Shown: positions 25,177-33,623 of the stretch, piece by piece | Layout: every line of letters starts with the position of its first letter | Numbering within the stretch: the stretch's first letter is position 1 | DNA from: an uncultured Methanosarcinales archaeon | GTDB lineage: Archaea > Nanobdellota > Nanobdellia > Woesearchaeales > ARS49 | Length of the DNA: 64,000 bases | Reading direction: 5' to 3' | NCBI GenBank assembly: GCA_964617195.1 | Contig: CAZTVK010000017.1 | Location: 38,192-102,191, forward strand | Made by a program: the position numbers and the translations under genes | The notes under the pieces: generated by a model | The model's database searches: none | Seen by the model: the letters and a program-made list of their open reading frames with translations, nothing else | What the model was told of the DNA's origin: nothing

Positions 25177-26376
25177 ATGAACAAATACGCCATTATCGCA
25201 CTTCTAGCAATAATCCTTATAGCATGCGCTCCAGTAATGCCAGCAAAAAACCAGACAACACCTGAGAACAAGACTGTTGAAGTTCCTGCAAACGAAACAA
25301 GCACAAACGAAACTGTTGAAGTAGAACAACCAGAACAAAACGCGACAATCGAAGAGCCTGAAGTGAACCTCATCGACGTTCCAAGAAAAGAAGTCGTTGA
25401 AGGAGAACTCGTCAGCTTCCCCAGTTTGAAAGCAGTAGACCCAGACGGCGACCCAATCACATACACATTCACAGAACCATTAAGCGCAAAAGGAACATGG
25501 CAGACAAAAGCAGGAGATGAAGGCGAGCACCTAGTGACAATAACTGCATCAGACGGCACAAACGAAGTCTCACAGAAAGTTCTCATATTAGTTCTTTCAA
25601 GGAACAAGCCACCAGTCATCACACTTGAAGATGCAATCACAGTATCAGAAGGAGAAACACTTGTGCTCAATCCTGAAATCATAGACCCAGAAGGAGACGT
25701 TCTGAACATAACATATTCAGGCTGGATGGACAGCGACACAAAAACAATCAGCTATGGCGAACAAGGAACCCACCAAGTTGTAATAACAGTCACAGACGGA
25801 AAATCATTCACGGCAAAAGCAGTAACAATCAAAGTTGAAAACGCGAACAGGGCGCCAGAACTAGCAGAAATACCAGCGCAGACAATCAAAGAAGGAGAGA
25901 AAGTCACCATAATTCCAAGCGTCAAAGACCCAGATGGAGACACAGTAACCTTCACCTATGACTTCCCGCTAAACGAAAGCGGAAGCTGGAAATCAGAAAT
26001 AGGAGACGCAGGAGAATATGAAATTCTTGTTGTGGCAAGCGACGGCACAACAACATCAGAACAAGTATTTGCACTAACTGTTGAAGCAGTCAACAGACCA
26101 CCTGTTATAACTCTTGCAAGCCCAGTGTTTGTCAAAGAAGGCGATAGTGCAAACCTGAACCCAACAATAACAGACCCAGACGGAGACGAAGTAAGGGTAA
26201 CGTACTCAGGATGGATGAACAGCAACACAAGAGCAACAACCTATGATGATGCAGGAAACTACAAAGTCACGATCTCTGCACGCGATTCTGCAGGAAACGA
26301 AGCAAAGCTCGAAATAATCGTGTCTGTGGAAGACCTGAACAGACCACCAATCTTCGGAGCAGGAAGTTTCAATTAA
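25177..26376 (+). CDS. surface lipoprotein-like protein with four Ig/cadherin-like repeats
   Basis: Lipobox-like LILIAC after a signal peptide. Four ~85-aa repeats in an ABAB pattern, each starting N[KR][AP]P and containing DP[DE]GD (for example NRPPVITL...DPDGDEVRVTYSGWM). Confidence 0.8.
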   Translation: MNKYAIIALLAIILIACAPVMPAKNQTTPENKTVEVPANETSTNETVEVEQPEQNATIEEPEVNLIDVPRKEVVEGELVSFPSLKAVDPDGDPITYTFTEPLSAKGTWQTKAGDEGEHLVTITASDGTNEVSQKVLILVLSRNKPPVITLEDAITVSEGETLVLNPEIIDPEGDVLNITYSGWMDSDTKTISYGEQGTHQVVITVTDGKSFTAKAVTIKVENANRAPELAEIPAQTIKEGEKVTIIPSVKDPDGDTVTFTYDFPLNESGSWKSEIGDAGEYEILVVASDGTTTSEQVFALTVEAVNRPPVITLASPVFVKEGDSANLNPTITDPDGDEVRVTYSGWMNSNTRATTYDDAGNYKVTISARDSAGNEAKLEIIVSVEDLNRPPIFGAGSFN

Positions 26377-26410
26377 TTATTTTTTTTATTCAATATTTTT
26401 CGCAGAAACA

Positions 26411-26432
26411 TCGGAAATCCTCAGATTTCCGA
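26411..26432. repeat. palindromic hairpin, TCGGAAAT family (copy 4)
   Basis: TCGGAAATC-CTCA-GATTTCCGA, 35 nt after the stop of 25177..26376. Confidence 0.8.
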
Positions 26433-26438
26433 GTGTGC

Positions 26439-26459
26439 TCAAGAACCAGAAGTTCTTGA
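26439..26459. repeat. second hairpin of the composite element
   Basis: TCAAGAAC-CAGAA-GTTCTTGA. Overlaps the last 7 codons of 26439..27098 (minus strand). Confidence 0.65.
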
Positions 26460-27098
26460 CATACCCAAACTCTTCAACTTCCTATGCAAAGTCTCGAATC
26501 TTAACCCGATCTTTCTGGCAGTCTTTGAGATATTTCCACTATTATCCTGCAAAGCCTTCGAGAAATAACGCTTCTCAAACTCCTGCTCTGCCTCTTTCAG
26601 CGTCTTCGGAGTTTCCGGAATTTCTTTAATTATATTTTTTGACAAACTCGGAGCTTCCTTGTACAAAGCCTCATATTTTCTCGGGTTAAGAGCACTCTTA
26701 TACTGTTCTAAAGACTCCTGAATAATATCCTGCACTGCCAACTGCTTGACATAAGTGCCCTTTTGCAAAACGTCCCTGAACTTCTGCACCTCTATTTTCA
26801 TATCAGCGACTATGCGGTGAATAGATCTTCTGTCAACAAAAGCAATCTTCGCAACTTCAGCAACATTGCCAAAATTCAACTGCAATAACCTCGCTACATA
26901 CTCGCGCTTGAATTTCTTCTTCGCATCCTTGAACTTCAGCTTAGTATCAACTTCAAACTCCAGCAAAGTGCTTCGTTTCAGCCTGTCAGAAATGTCTGTC
27001 TCGAGTTCAGCAACAGTAATGCCGAGGCTCTTCTGCATGGCTTCCTCTAGCAAAGGCTTGATTTTGGATTCAACCAGTTTTTCTAACTCACCAATCAT
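26439..27098 (-). CDS. DNA-binding protein with two Fis/NtrC-type HTH (HTH_8) motifs
   Basis: FKREYVARLLQLNFGNVAEVAKIAFVDRRSIHRIV and FEKRYFSKALQDNSGNISKTARKIGLRFETLHRKLKSLG. No receiver or AAA+ domain. Confidence 0.65.
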   Translation of the reverse strand: MIGELEKLVESKIKPLLEEAMQKSLGITVAELETDISDRLKRSTLLEFEVDTKLKFKDAKKKFKREYVARLLQLNFGNVAEVAKIAFVDRRSIHRIVADMKIEVQKFRDVLQKGTYVKQLAVQDIIQESLEQYKSALNPRKYEALYKEAPSLSKNIIKEIPETPKTLKEAEQEFEKRYFSKALQDNSGNISKTARKIGLRFETLHRKLKSLGMSRTSGS

Positions 27099-27168
27099 AT
27101 GCTCTTTTTGTCATACTTTCTAGTATATTAATGTTATGATTTTAATGTCGTACTTTAGAAGGTAATAC

Positions 27169-27176
27169 TTTTATAC
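27169..27176 (+). promoter_or_regulatory. TATA-like box (TTTTATAC)
   Basis: Centre 25.5 nt upstream of the antitoxin ATG at 27198. Confidence 0.35.
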
Positions 27177-27197
27177 TAGTATTACTTTATTACTTTT

Positions 27198-27443
27198 ATG
27201 AGCGAAGTAAAAACCATAAAAGGCATAGACGAAGACACTTGGGCAGAATTCAAAGGCATCAGCGCCAGAAACAAAGTAAAGGCCGCAACAATGTTTAAAC
27301 TCCTTATCGAAGAATACAAAAGCCATACAAAACACTTCTGGGAAGAAATATTTGCGCACAAACCAATTTTCACCCCTAAAGAACATGCCGAAATCAAAAA
27401 ACGCGTGGAGGAAATGAGAAAGGAATACGGGTGGCGCATATGA
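27198..27443 (+). CDS. putative antitoxin of the adjacent PIN toxin (VapB-like)
   Basis: 81-aa basic/acidic protein. ATGA overlap with the downstream PIN gene. TATA-like box at 27169-27176. Confidence 0.55.
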   Translation: MSEVKTIKGIDEDTWAEFKGISARNKVKAATMFKLLIEEYKSHTKHFWEEIFAHKPIFTPKEHAEIKKRVEEMRKEYGWRI

Positions 27444-27823
27444 CACTTCTTATCGACACATCCGTACTGATAGATCTAGAAAATAATGTGCCACACATCA
27501 AACAAAGACTTCAAGAACTTTCAAAAAGCCATCCTAATCCAGCTTGTATTTCGTTCATCACATATGTTGAATTTCTAACTGGTATTGAGAACCATCCTGA
27601 AGAAAAAAAAGCAGAGGCAATAGCGTTTATCTGGAGGTTTCCTGTATTGCAGACGACAAATGAAACGGCAATGTGGCTTTCGCATCTCAAATGCAAGTAC
27701 CGCAAGGAAAAATCGCTATCTGACCTATTCATAGCAAGTCACGCTCTTGAACACAGACTAACCCTCGTTACAACAGACAAAGATTTCGAAAACATAGCTG
27801 AAATCAAGAAAATCGTCTTCTAG
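27440..27823 (+). CDS. vapC: PIN-domain ribonuclease toxin
   Basis: N-terminal LLIDTSVLIDLE (first acidic residue), C-terminal LVTTDKDFENI. About 127 aa from the ATG at 27440 (the track uses GTG at 27431). Confidence 0.8.
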   Translation: MTLLIDTSVLIDLENNVPHIKQRLQELSKSHPNPACISFITYVEFLTGIENHPEEKKAEAIAFIWRFPVLQTTNETAMWLSHLKCKYRKEKSLSDLFIASHALEHRLTLVTTDKDFENIAEIKKIVF

Positions 27824-27864
27824 ACGAATGCTTTTTAAAGCAACTAAAAATTCATCGTGCATAT

Positions 27865-27936
27865 GGGCCGTTAGCTCAGCGGAAGAGCACTCGACTCTTA
27901 ATCGAGTGGTCGTGGGTTCAAATCCCACACGGCCCG
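27865..27936 (+). tRNA. tRNA-Lys (anticodon CUU)
   Basis: Manual cloverleaf: acceptor GGGCCGT/ACGGCCC, D-stem GCTC/GAGC, anticodon stem CTCGA/TCGAG with loop CTCTTAA, T-arm GTGGG-TTCAAAT-CCCAC, discriminator G. No encoded CCA and no intron. Confidence 0.9.
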
Positions 27937-27937
27937 T

Positions 27938-27954
27938 AAACTTTCAGAAAGTTT
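27938..27954 (+). terminator. hairpin directly after tRNA-Lys
   Basis: AAACTTT-CAG-AAAGTTT: 7-bp stem starting 2 nt after the tRNA. Function not established. Confidence 0.3.
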
Positions 27955-28140
27955 AATCAAATTGCTCCTTGTTCGCTTCGAGAAGCATTCTAATAGATGT
28001 TTACGTTGCAAACATGGTATTTACTCTTCTCTCAGCTCACAAATGTCGCAAGAAAGGCCCGTAAGTACTACTTCCTATACCCAAACCTTAATAGTGCTAT
28101 GAGACTAAACAAGATAAAATACTATATTCGAGGTGATTCA

Positions 28141-28374
28141 ATGGCAAGAAAAGATATGATGGAAGGATGCGGACCAAAATGCATCATGCTAGGATTATTA
28201 GCAGCAGCATTCGCAGCAGCTGGATTCTGGATGGTTATCGGAGGAATCATGAAGCAATGGAGCGGAATGGCGCCAATGTCAAATGTATTTCTGTGGTACT
28301 TCGGAGGACTAATCCTCGTAATGATAAGCAAGGGCTGCAAGTTTAAGTCCTGCTCAATGTGCAAATCAATGTAA
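28141..28374 (+). CDS. small membrane protein with terminal Cys motifs (hypothetical)
   Basis: 77 aa from the ATG at 28141, preceded by GAGGTGA. Two hydrophobic helices. CGPKC near the N-terminus and CKFKSCSMC at the C-terminus. Confidence 0.5.
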   Translation: MARKDMMEGCGPKCIMLGLLAAAFAAAGFWMVIGGIMKQWSGMAPMSNVFLWYFGGLILVMISKGCKFKSCSMCKSM

Positions 28375-28527
28375 GCACAAATTTTTTATTTCTTTAATTT
28401 TATTTCTTTTATTCTAGAAATATTTATAAATCACCCCTTCTTGGAAAATAATTGTGTGAGAAAGAGAGAAAACGAAACATTATTGGTTTTTCTCACCTAA
28501 TAATCCCGTTGGAGGGTGAAGGAACAG

Positions 28528-28884
28528 ATGAAAGGGCTTAAGCCATTATTACCGACATTAAAGGAAAAGAAACGGTATTTAGCGTTCGAAATCATCTCAA
28601 AAAGCAAAATAAAGGCTTTTTCAGAGGTATCAAAGGCAATCTGGGCTTCAACACTCTCATACGCAGGCACTAAGGGGGCTGCAAGAATGGGAATCTGGAT
28701 TTTCCCAGAGAAATACAACCAGGCAAAACAAAAAGGCCTAATAAGAATAGGACACAGAAACATGGACGAACTCAAAGCAAGCTTAACGCTAATAAAAGAA
28801 ATCGAAGAACAGCCAGTCATCGTGCGCTCAATAGGAGCGTCAGGAATACTGGCAAAAGCAGAGAAAAAATACATAGGAGGCTGA
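28528..28884 (+). CDS. rnp2: RNase P protein component 2 (Pop5/Rpp14 family)
   Basis: LKEKKRYLAFEIIS start typical of archaeal Pop5. Conserved position directly upstream of psmA. ATG at 28528 follows SD GGAGGGTGA. Confidence 0.8.
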   Translation: MKGLKPLLPTLKEKKRYLAFEIISKSKIKAFSEVSKAIWASTLSYAGTKGAARMGIWIFPEKYNQAKQKGLIRIGHRNMDELKASLTLIKEIEEQPVIVRSIGASGILAKAEKKYIGG

Positions 28885-28888
28885 ACTT

Positions 28889-29650
28889 ATGGTTAAAAGA
28901 GATGATGATATGGGCGGACAACCAATGCCGCACCAATTAATGGGATACGACAGAGCAATAACGATGTTTTCACCTGACGGCAGATTACTGCAGGTCGAGT
29001 ACGCAAAAAAAACAGTAAGACAAGGAAGCACAGCAATCGGAATGGTCTGCTCAGACGGAGTATTACTCGTAGCAGACAAAAGAATAGTAGACAAGCTCGT
29101 AATTCCAGAAAGCGTTGAAAAAATATTCCAAATAGACGAACACATCGCATCAACAGCATCAGGCATCTTATCAGACGCACGCGTCTTGATAGAACGCGCA
29201 CAAGTAAAAGCGCAACAGCACAGAGTCACATACGACTCGTCAATAGACACTGTAAGCGTGGTTAAGGACATCTGCGCACTAAAACAAATATGCACCCAGT
29301 CAGGAGGACTCAGACCATTCGGCGTCTCAATCATCCTCGCAGGCATAGACAACGACGGTCCAAAACTATTCGAAACAGACCCGACAGGAATCTACTTCCA
29401 ATTCAGAGCAACAGTAATCGGCGAAGGAGAAACAGAAATAGAAGAAATCCTGAACCGAGAATACAGCGAAAAGCTCACAATCGAAGAAGGACTCAAGCTA
29501 GCAGTAGAAGCGCTCAACAAAGTATTAGACAAAAGCTTCAACGTAGACCGAGTTGACGCAGCATACATAACAACTGCAGAGAAGAAATTCGTCAAAGTCA
29601 AAAAAGACAAGCTTGAACGACTTCTCAAGGAAGCAAAGAAGAAAGTATAG
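28889..29650 (+). CDS. psmA: proteasome subunit alpha
   Basis: YDRAITMFSPDGRLLQVEYA signature. 253 aa. Start may be an internal Met. Confidence 0.95.
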   Translation: MVKRDDDMGGQPMPHQLMGYDRAITMFSPDGRLLQVEYAKKTVRQGSTAIGMVCSDGVLLVADKRIVDKLVIPESVEKIFQIDEHIASTASGILSDARVLIERAQVKAQQHRVTYDSSIDTVSVVKDICALKQICTQSGGLRPFGVSIILAGIDNDGPKLFETDPTGIYFQFRATVIGEGETEIEEILNREYSEKLTIEEGLKLAVEALNKVLDKSFNVDRVDAAYITTAEKKFVKVKKDKLERLLKEAKKKV

Positions 29651-29658
29651 GGGGAGAT

Positions 29659-30366
29659 ATGAGTGAAACACTCAATATTGCACGCATCAAGAAAGGAACT
29701 GACGTGTTTGAAATCGTGGTAAATCCGGACAAGGCTATGTACTTCAGACACCATCCGGAAACAAACGTAAGCGAAGCAGTAGCTTATCCTAAAGTTTACT
29801 CCGACGCGAAAAAAGGACTTCTCGCATCAGAACAAAGAATGACGGCAGTGTTCGGAACAGCAGACCCACTAGAGGTTGCGAAACAAATACTACTGAAAGG
29901 AGAAATCAAAGTCACGCAGGAATACAGAAAACAACTGCTCGAACAAAAAAGGAAAAGAATAATCGACATCGTCCACAAACAAGGAGTAGACCCAAGAACA
30001 AACGCCCCTCATCCTCTAAACAGAATAGAAGCGGCAATCGAAGAAGCAAAAGTAAGAATAGACGAGTACAAAGCAGCAGAAATGCAAGTTCCTGAAATCC
30101 TAAAACAATTACGTCCGATATTACCGATCAAACTCGTAATAAAAGAATTAGATGTAGTAATCCCAGCACAATACGCGCCAAAAGCGCACGCAGTCATCAA
30201 AATGTTCGGCAAAATAATCAAAGAACACTGGGAAAGCGACGGCAGCTGGAACGGAAAAATAGAAATCCCAGGCGGACTGGAAACAGAATTTTACGACAAA
30301 CTAAACAGCATGACCCACGGCCATGCGCAAACATTACACGTTACTACCAAAGGTGAAACAACATGA
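29659..30366 (+). CDS. SBDS-family ribosome maturation protein
   Basis: ARIKKGTDVFEIVVNPDKAMYFRH N-terminal FYSH-domain pattern. 235 aa. Canonical superoperon position. Confidence 0.9.
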   Translation: MSETLNIARIKKGTDVFEIVVNPDKAMYFRHHPETNVSEAVAYPKVYSDAKKGLLASEQRMTAVFGTADPLEVAKQILLKGEIKVTQEYRKQLLEQKRKRIIDIVHKQGVDPRTNAPHPLNRIEAAIEEAKVRIDEYKAAEMQVPEILKQLRPILPIKLVIKELDVVIPAQYAPKAHAVIKMFGKIIKEHWESDGSWNGKIEIPGGLETEFYDKLNSMTHGHAQTLHVTTKGETT

Positions 30367-31136
30367 AAGAAGAAATACTAGCACAAGACAAAGAAATAGT
30401 GGTTCCAGGAGAGACCATCGCCACAGGCATGAGCTTCCTCCCAGGAAAAGGAACCTACCGAGACAACGATAGAATACTAGCTCAAAGACTAGGAATGGTA
30501 TCAGTAGAGGGAAAAGTAATCAAGCTAATCCCGCTATCAGGAAAATACATTCCAAAGCTCAAAGACAGAATCGTCGCACGCGTATTCGACGTCTTAATGA
30601 CTGGCTGGAGACTGGAAATAAATTCCCCATACTCAGCAGTCATGACATTAAAAGACGCGACATCAGAATTTATACAACGCGGAGCTGATTTAACACAATA
30701 TTACGGACTTGGAGACTACGTAGTCTGTCAGATCGTAAACGTCACGAGCCAAAAACTCATCGACGCGTCCATGAAAGGACCAGGATTGAGAAAACTGCGA
30801 GGCGGACGAATTGTTGAAGTCAACTCGCAAAAAGTTCCGCGCATAATCGGCAAAGACGGCAGCATGGTCGGCATGATAAAACAAGCAACAGGCTGCGACA
30901 TCATCGTCGGACAAAACGGCTGGATATGGCTTAACGGCGAACCAGAAGGAGAAGTCATTGCCGTTAAAGCGATCAAGAAAGTCGAAGAAGAAGCGCACCT
31001 TGGTGGCTTGACTGACAGAATGGCTGTCTGGCTTGAAAAAGAAACAGGCGTGAAAGTCAATCCGATAGCAGCACCGGCAGAAGCGCCAGCTGAAGAAGCG
31101 CCACAACACCCGCACCACTTCGGAGGATCACAATGA
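30363..31136 (+). CDS. rrp4: exosome complex RNA-binding protein Rrp4 (S1 + KH)
   Basis: VVPGETIA...GKYIPKLKDRIVARV (S1) and PRIIGKDGSMVGMIKQATGCDIIVGQNGWIWL (KH). Ala/Pro-rich tail. Confidence 0.9.
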   Translation: MKEEILAQDKEIVVPGETIATGMSFLPGKGTYRDNDRILAQRLGMVSVEGKVIKLIPLSGKYIPKLKDRIVARVFDVLMTGWRLEINSPYSAVMTLKDATSEFIQRGADLTQYYGLGDYVVCQIVNVTSQKLIDASMKGPGLRKLRGGRIVEVNSQKVPRIIGKDGSMVGMIKQATGCDIIVGQNGWIWLNGEPEGEVIAVKAIKKVEEEAHLGGLTDRMAVWLEKETGVKVNPIAAPAEAPAEEAPQHPHHFGGSQ

Positions 31137-31837
31137 GCTACACGAAAAGATTCGACGGTCGAGGAATGGACGAATTACGACCAATGAGCGCAAAAGTAGG
31201 AATAATCCCTCGCGCAGACGGCTCAGCAATGTTCAAAATCGGAAAAACGACAGCATACTGCGCAGTGTACGGACCACGAGACTTGCATCCAAAATTCATG
31301 CAAAACCCGGAAACCGGCATACTGCGAGTAAGCTACAACATGATGCCCTTCTCAGGACACGGCGAACGAGTACGCCCAGGAGGAGGCAGAAGAAGCAAAG
31401 AAATCAGCATGGTCATACAAAACGCTTTACTGCCAGTGCTTGATTTGAAAGACTATCCGAACGCAGTCGTTGACGTTTTTGTCGAGTTACCACAAACAGA
31501 CGCTGGAACAAGATGCGCGGCAATCTGCGCAGCAGCAATGGCGCTCGCAGACGCAGGACTGGAAATGAAAGATATGGTCTGCGCAGTAGCAACAGGAAGA
31601 GTTGAAGATAAAATCGTCGTAGACCTGAACTACCTTGAGGACTCGCACGAAGACGGAGCAGACCTGCCAATTGCGATATTGCCAAACTCAGGCAAAGTAA
31701 CCCTCATGCAAATGGACGGAGAAGTGACTAAGGAGCAAATCAACGAATGCGTTACCAAAGCAAGAGAAGCCTGCAAGAAAATCTACGAAGTACAGAAAGC
31801 AGCGCTCAAAGAACGCTTCAAGAAGGTGTCAAAATGA
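31133..31837 (+). CDS. rrp41: exosome complex exonuclease Rrp41 (RNase PH fold)
   Basis: RFDGRGMDELRPMSAKVGIIPRADGSAMFKIGKTTAYCAVYGPR. ATGA overlaps on both sides. Confidence 0.95.
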   Translation: MSYTKRFDGRGMDELRPMSAKVGIIPRADGSAMFKIGKTTAYCAVYGPRDLHPKFMQNPETGILRVSYNMMPFSGHGERVRPGGGRRSKEISMVIQNALLPVLDLKDYPNAVVDVFVELPQTDAGTRCAAICAAAMALADAGLEMKDMVCAVATGRVEDKIVVDLNYLEDSHEDGADLPIAILPNSGKVTLMQMDGEVTKEQINECVTKAREACKKIYEVQKAALKERFKKVSK

Positions 31838-32610
31838 ACCAAGAACTAAAAGCACACGTATTGCGCGCAATGACAAAAGGCGTAAGATTCGACGGAAGAA
31901 AACCACTCGAATACAGACCAATAACAGTAAAGTACGGAATATCAGCAAGCGCAGAAGGCTCAGCCATAGTAAAAATTGGCGGCACTGAAGTAATGGCAGG
32001 AGTCAAACTGGAAACAGGAAAGCCATACCCAGACACGCCAGACCAAGGAAACCTAATGGTAAACGCAGAACTATTGCCATTAAGCAGCCCTGCATTTGAA
32101 TCAGGACCTCCAGGTGAACAGGGAACAGAGATCGCACGAGTCGTTGACCGAGCAATCAGAGAAAGCAAATCAATAGACGTGAAAAAACTCGTCATCTCAC
32201 CAGGAGAAAAAGTGTGGAGTGTAAGCATTGACATCTGCACGATCAACGACGAAGGAGGACTGCAAGACGCAGCCTGCCTTGCAGCATTGGCAGCACTAAA
32301 GGACACGAAAATGCCAAAACTCGACGAAAACAACGATGTAGATTACGACGCGGAAAAAACCAAACAGGGACTGCCATTAAGCAAAGAGCCGGTTGAAGTC
32401 ACAGTAATCAAAGTCGGCGACCAATTCTTTGTGGATGCGTTAACGGACGAAGAACAAGCAATCGAAGCAAGACTGACTGTAGCGGTTACTGAGAAAAATA
32501 TAGTGTGCGCTTTACAAAAAGGCGGCGCAACTCCTCTCAGCCCTGAAGACGTGAACAAGATGATCGAAATCGCACAAAAACTTGCGCCAGAACTGCGCAA
32601 GTCATTATGA
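31834..32610 (+). CDS. rrp42: exosome complex component Rrp42 (RNase PH fold)
   Basis: [44 protein letters not shown] at 31834 overlaps the rrp41 stop; the track ORF extends upstream spuriously. Confidence 0.9.
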   Translation: MNQELKAHVLRAMTKGVRFDGRKPLEYRPITVKYGISASAEGSAIVKIGGTEVMAGVKLETGKPYPDTPDQGNLMVNAELLPLSSPAFESGPPGEQGTEIARVVDRAIRESKSIDVKKLVISPGEKVWSVSIDICTINDEGGLQDAACLAALAALKDTKMPKLDENNDVDYDAEKTKQGLPLSKEPVEVTVIKVGDQFFVDALTDEEQAIEARLTVAVTEKNIVCALQKGGATPLSPEDVNKMIEIAQKLAPELRKSL

Positions 32611-32623
32611 TAGGTGGTGGACA

Positions 32624-32842
32624 ATGGAAAAATACACAAAATACGAAATCGCGCGAATGATAGGAAGCAGAGCACTCCAAATAAGCATGGGAGCGCCATT
32701 CTTGGTAAAAATGACTGAGAAAGATTTGGAAGCAGTCGGCTACAACCCAATCGAAATCGCAAAACGCGAATTTGAAAAAGGAGTGTTACCGATCACGGTC
32801 AGACGACCAATCCCAAAACGCGTTGCAGCGAAAGCGGCATAA
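32624..32842 (+). CDS. rpoK: DNA-directed RNA polymerase subunit K (Rpb6 homolog)
   Basis: [22 protein letters not shown]...[21 protein letters not shown]. 72 aa from the ATG at 32624. Confidence 0.85.
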   Translation: MEKYTKYEIARMIGSRALQISMGAPFLVKMTEKDLEAVGYNPIEIAKREFEKGVLPITVRRPIPKRVAAKAA

Positions 32843-32854
32843 TTTTTATTTTTT

Positions 32855-33130
32855 ATGAATATTATTACCGACGAAAAACTCGCGAAATATTTCGACGTTA
32901 CTTCTCGTGCTTTGAAAAAAGTCAAAATAGTGGCAGCGCACAAAAAACAAGCAGAAGAAGTGTTTGATATGGCACGGCGATACTATGAAGATGCGCAGCA
33001 TTTCAAAGATAAAGGTGATATGGTAACTGCATTCGCTGCTTTGAATTACGCCCACGGCTGGCTCGACGCAGGAGCAAGACTAGAGTTGTTTGACGTAGGA
33101 CACGATTCAGAGCTGTTTACCGTCGACTGA
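32855..33130 (+). CDS. DUF357-family protein
   Basis: 91-aa helical protein with AFAALNYAHGWLDAGARL, typical of archaeal DUF357. Confidence 0.6.
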   Translation: MNIITDEKLAKYFDVTSRALKKVKIVAAHKKQAEEVFDMARRYYEDAQHFKDKGDMVTAFAALNYAHGWLDAGARLELFDVGHDSELFTVD

Positions 33131-33526
33131 CGTCTGATTATTCTTTCCGTATGACTGATTAAAATATTCCTTTTTCCAAATCTCAAAATGAGACATGTCA
33201 GGAGAAGCCGCAACAACGACTTCACCTATAAGTCTTGCATAAGTTCTTTCAAAAAGAGGAAGCAAAATTCTCCACTGAGTGTCAGGAGTCGCGTACTGCA
33301 CGAAGGCTCCGTCAACGTTCATCTTCTTCGGAAGACCTGCAAAGTCATAACAGGAGATATAGGGATTTTCATTACGAGTAGAAGGCACAAACCAGATGTC
33401 ATTTATCTTTTCATTGCGCTGCATGAGTCTATTCTTTATTTTTGACGGAATTACCAAACGGCACTTTGCGTCTATGGTAAATGTCTCTTTTCCGCTAAAA
33501 GGTAGCAATATTCGTTCTTCACTCAT
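33107..33526 (-). CDS. mraZ: MraZ-like (tandem SpoVT/AbrB-type) protein
   Basis: First half FSGKETFTIDAKCRLVIPSKIKNRL (compare Bacillus MraZ [25 protein letters not shown]). Second half DTQWRILLPLFERTYARLIGEVVVAAS...FEIWKKEYF (compare DKQGRVNI...YAKLEKECVVIGV..IEIWSKEIW). Confidence 0.6.
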   Translation of the reverse strand: MSEERILLPFSGKETFTIDAKCRLVIPSKIKNRLMQRNEKINDIWFVPSTRNENPYISCYDFAGLPKKMNVDGAFVQYATPDTQWRILLPLFERTYARLIGEVVVAASPDMSHFEIWKKEYFNQSYGKNNQTSVDGKQL

Positions 33527-33549
33527 ACACTGAACTGAATAACCATTCC

Positions 33550-33557
33550 TTTTAAAC
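33550..33557 (-). promoter_or_regulatory. TATA-like box (plus strand TTTTAAAC)
   Basis: Centre 27.5 nt upstream of the mraZ-like ATG at 33526. Confidence 0.4.
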
Positions 33558-33593
33558 CTTTCTATTTTTACTCCTTAGAAGTGGTTAAATTCT

Positions 33594-33601
33594 CTTATAT
33601 A
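33594..33601 (+). promoter_or_regulatory. TATA-like box (CTTATATA)
   Basis: Centre 26.5 nt upstream of the ATG at 33624. Confidence 0.4.
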
Positions 33602-33623
33602 GAGTTGTGCTGTAATCGAGGAT

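Noticed and set aside
27937-28140. 200-nt gap after tRNA-Lys as a candidate ncRNA or attachment site
   Set aside because: Only a short hairpin directly after the tRNA is evident. There are no C/D or H/ACA box pattern and no repeat of the tRNA 3-prime end, and the rest contains the promoter and SD of the small membrane-protein gene.
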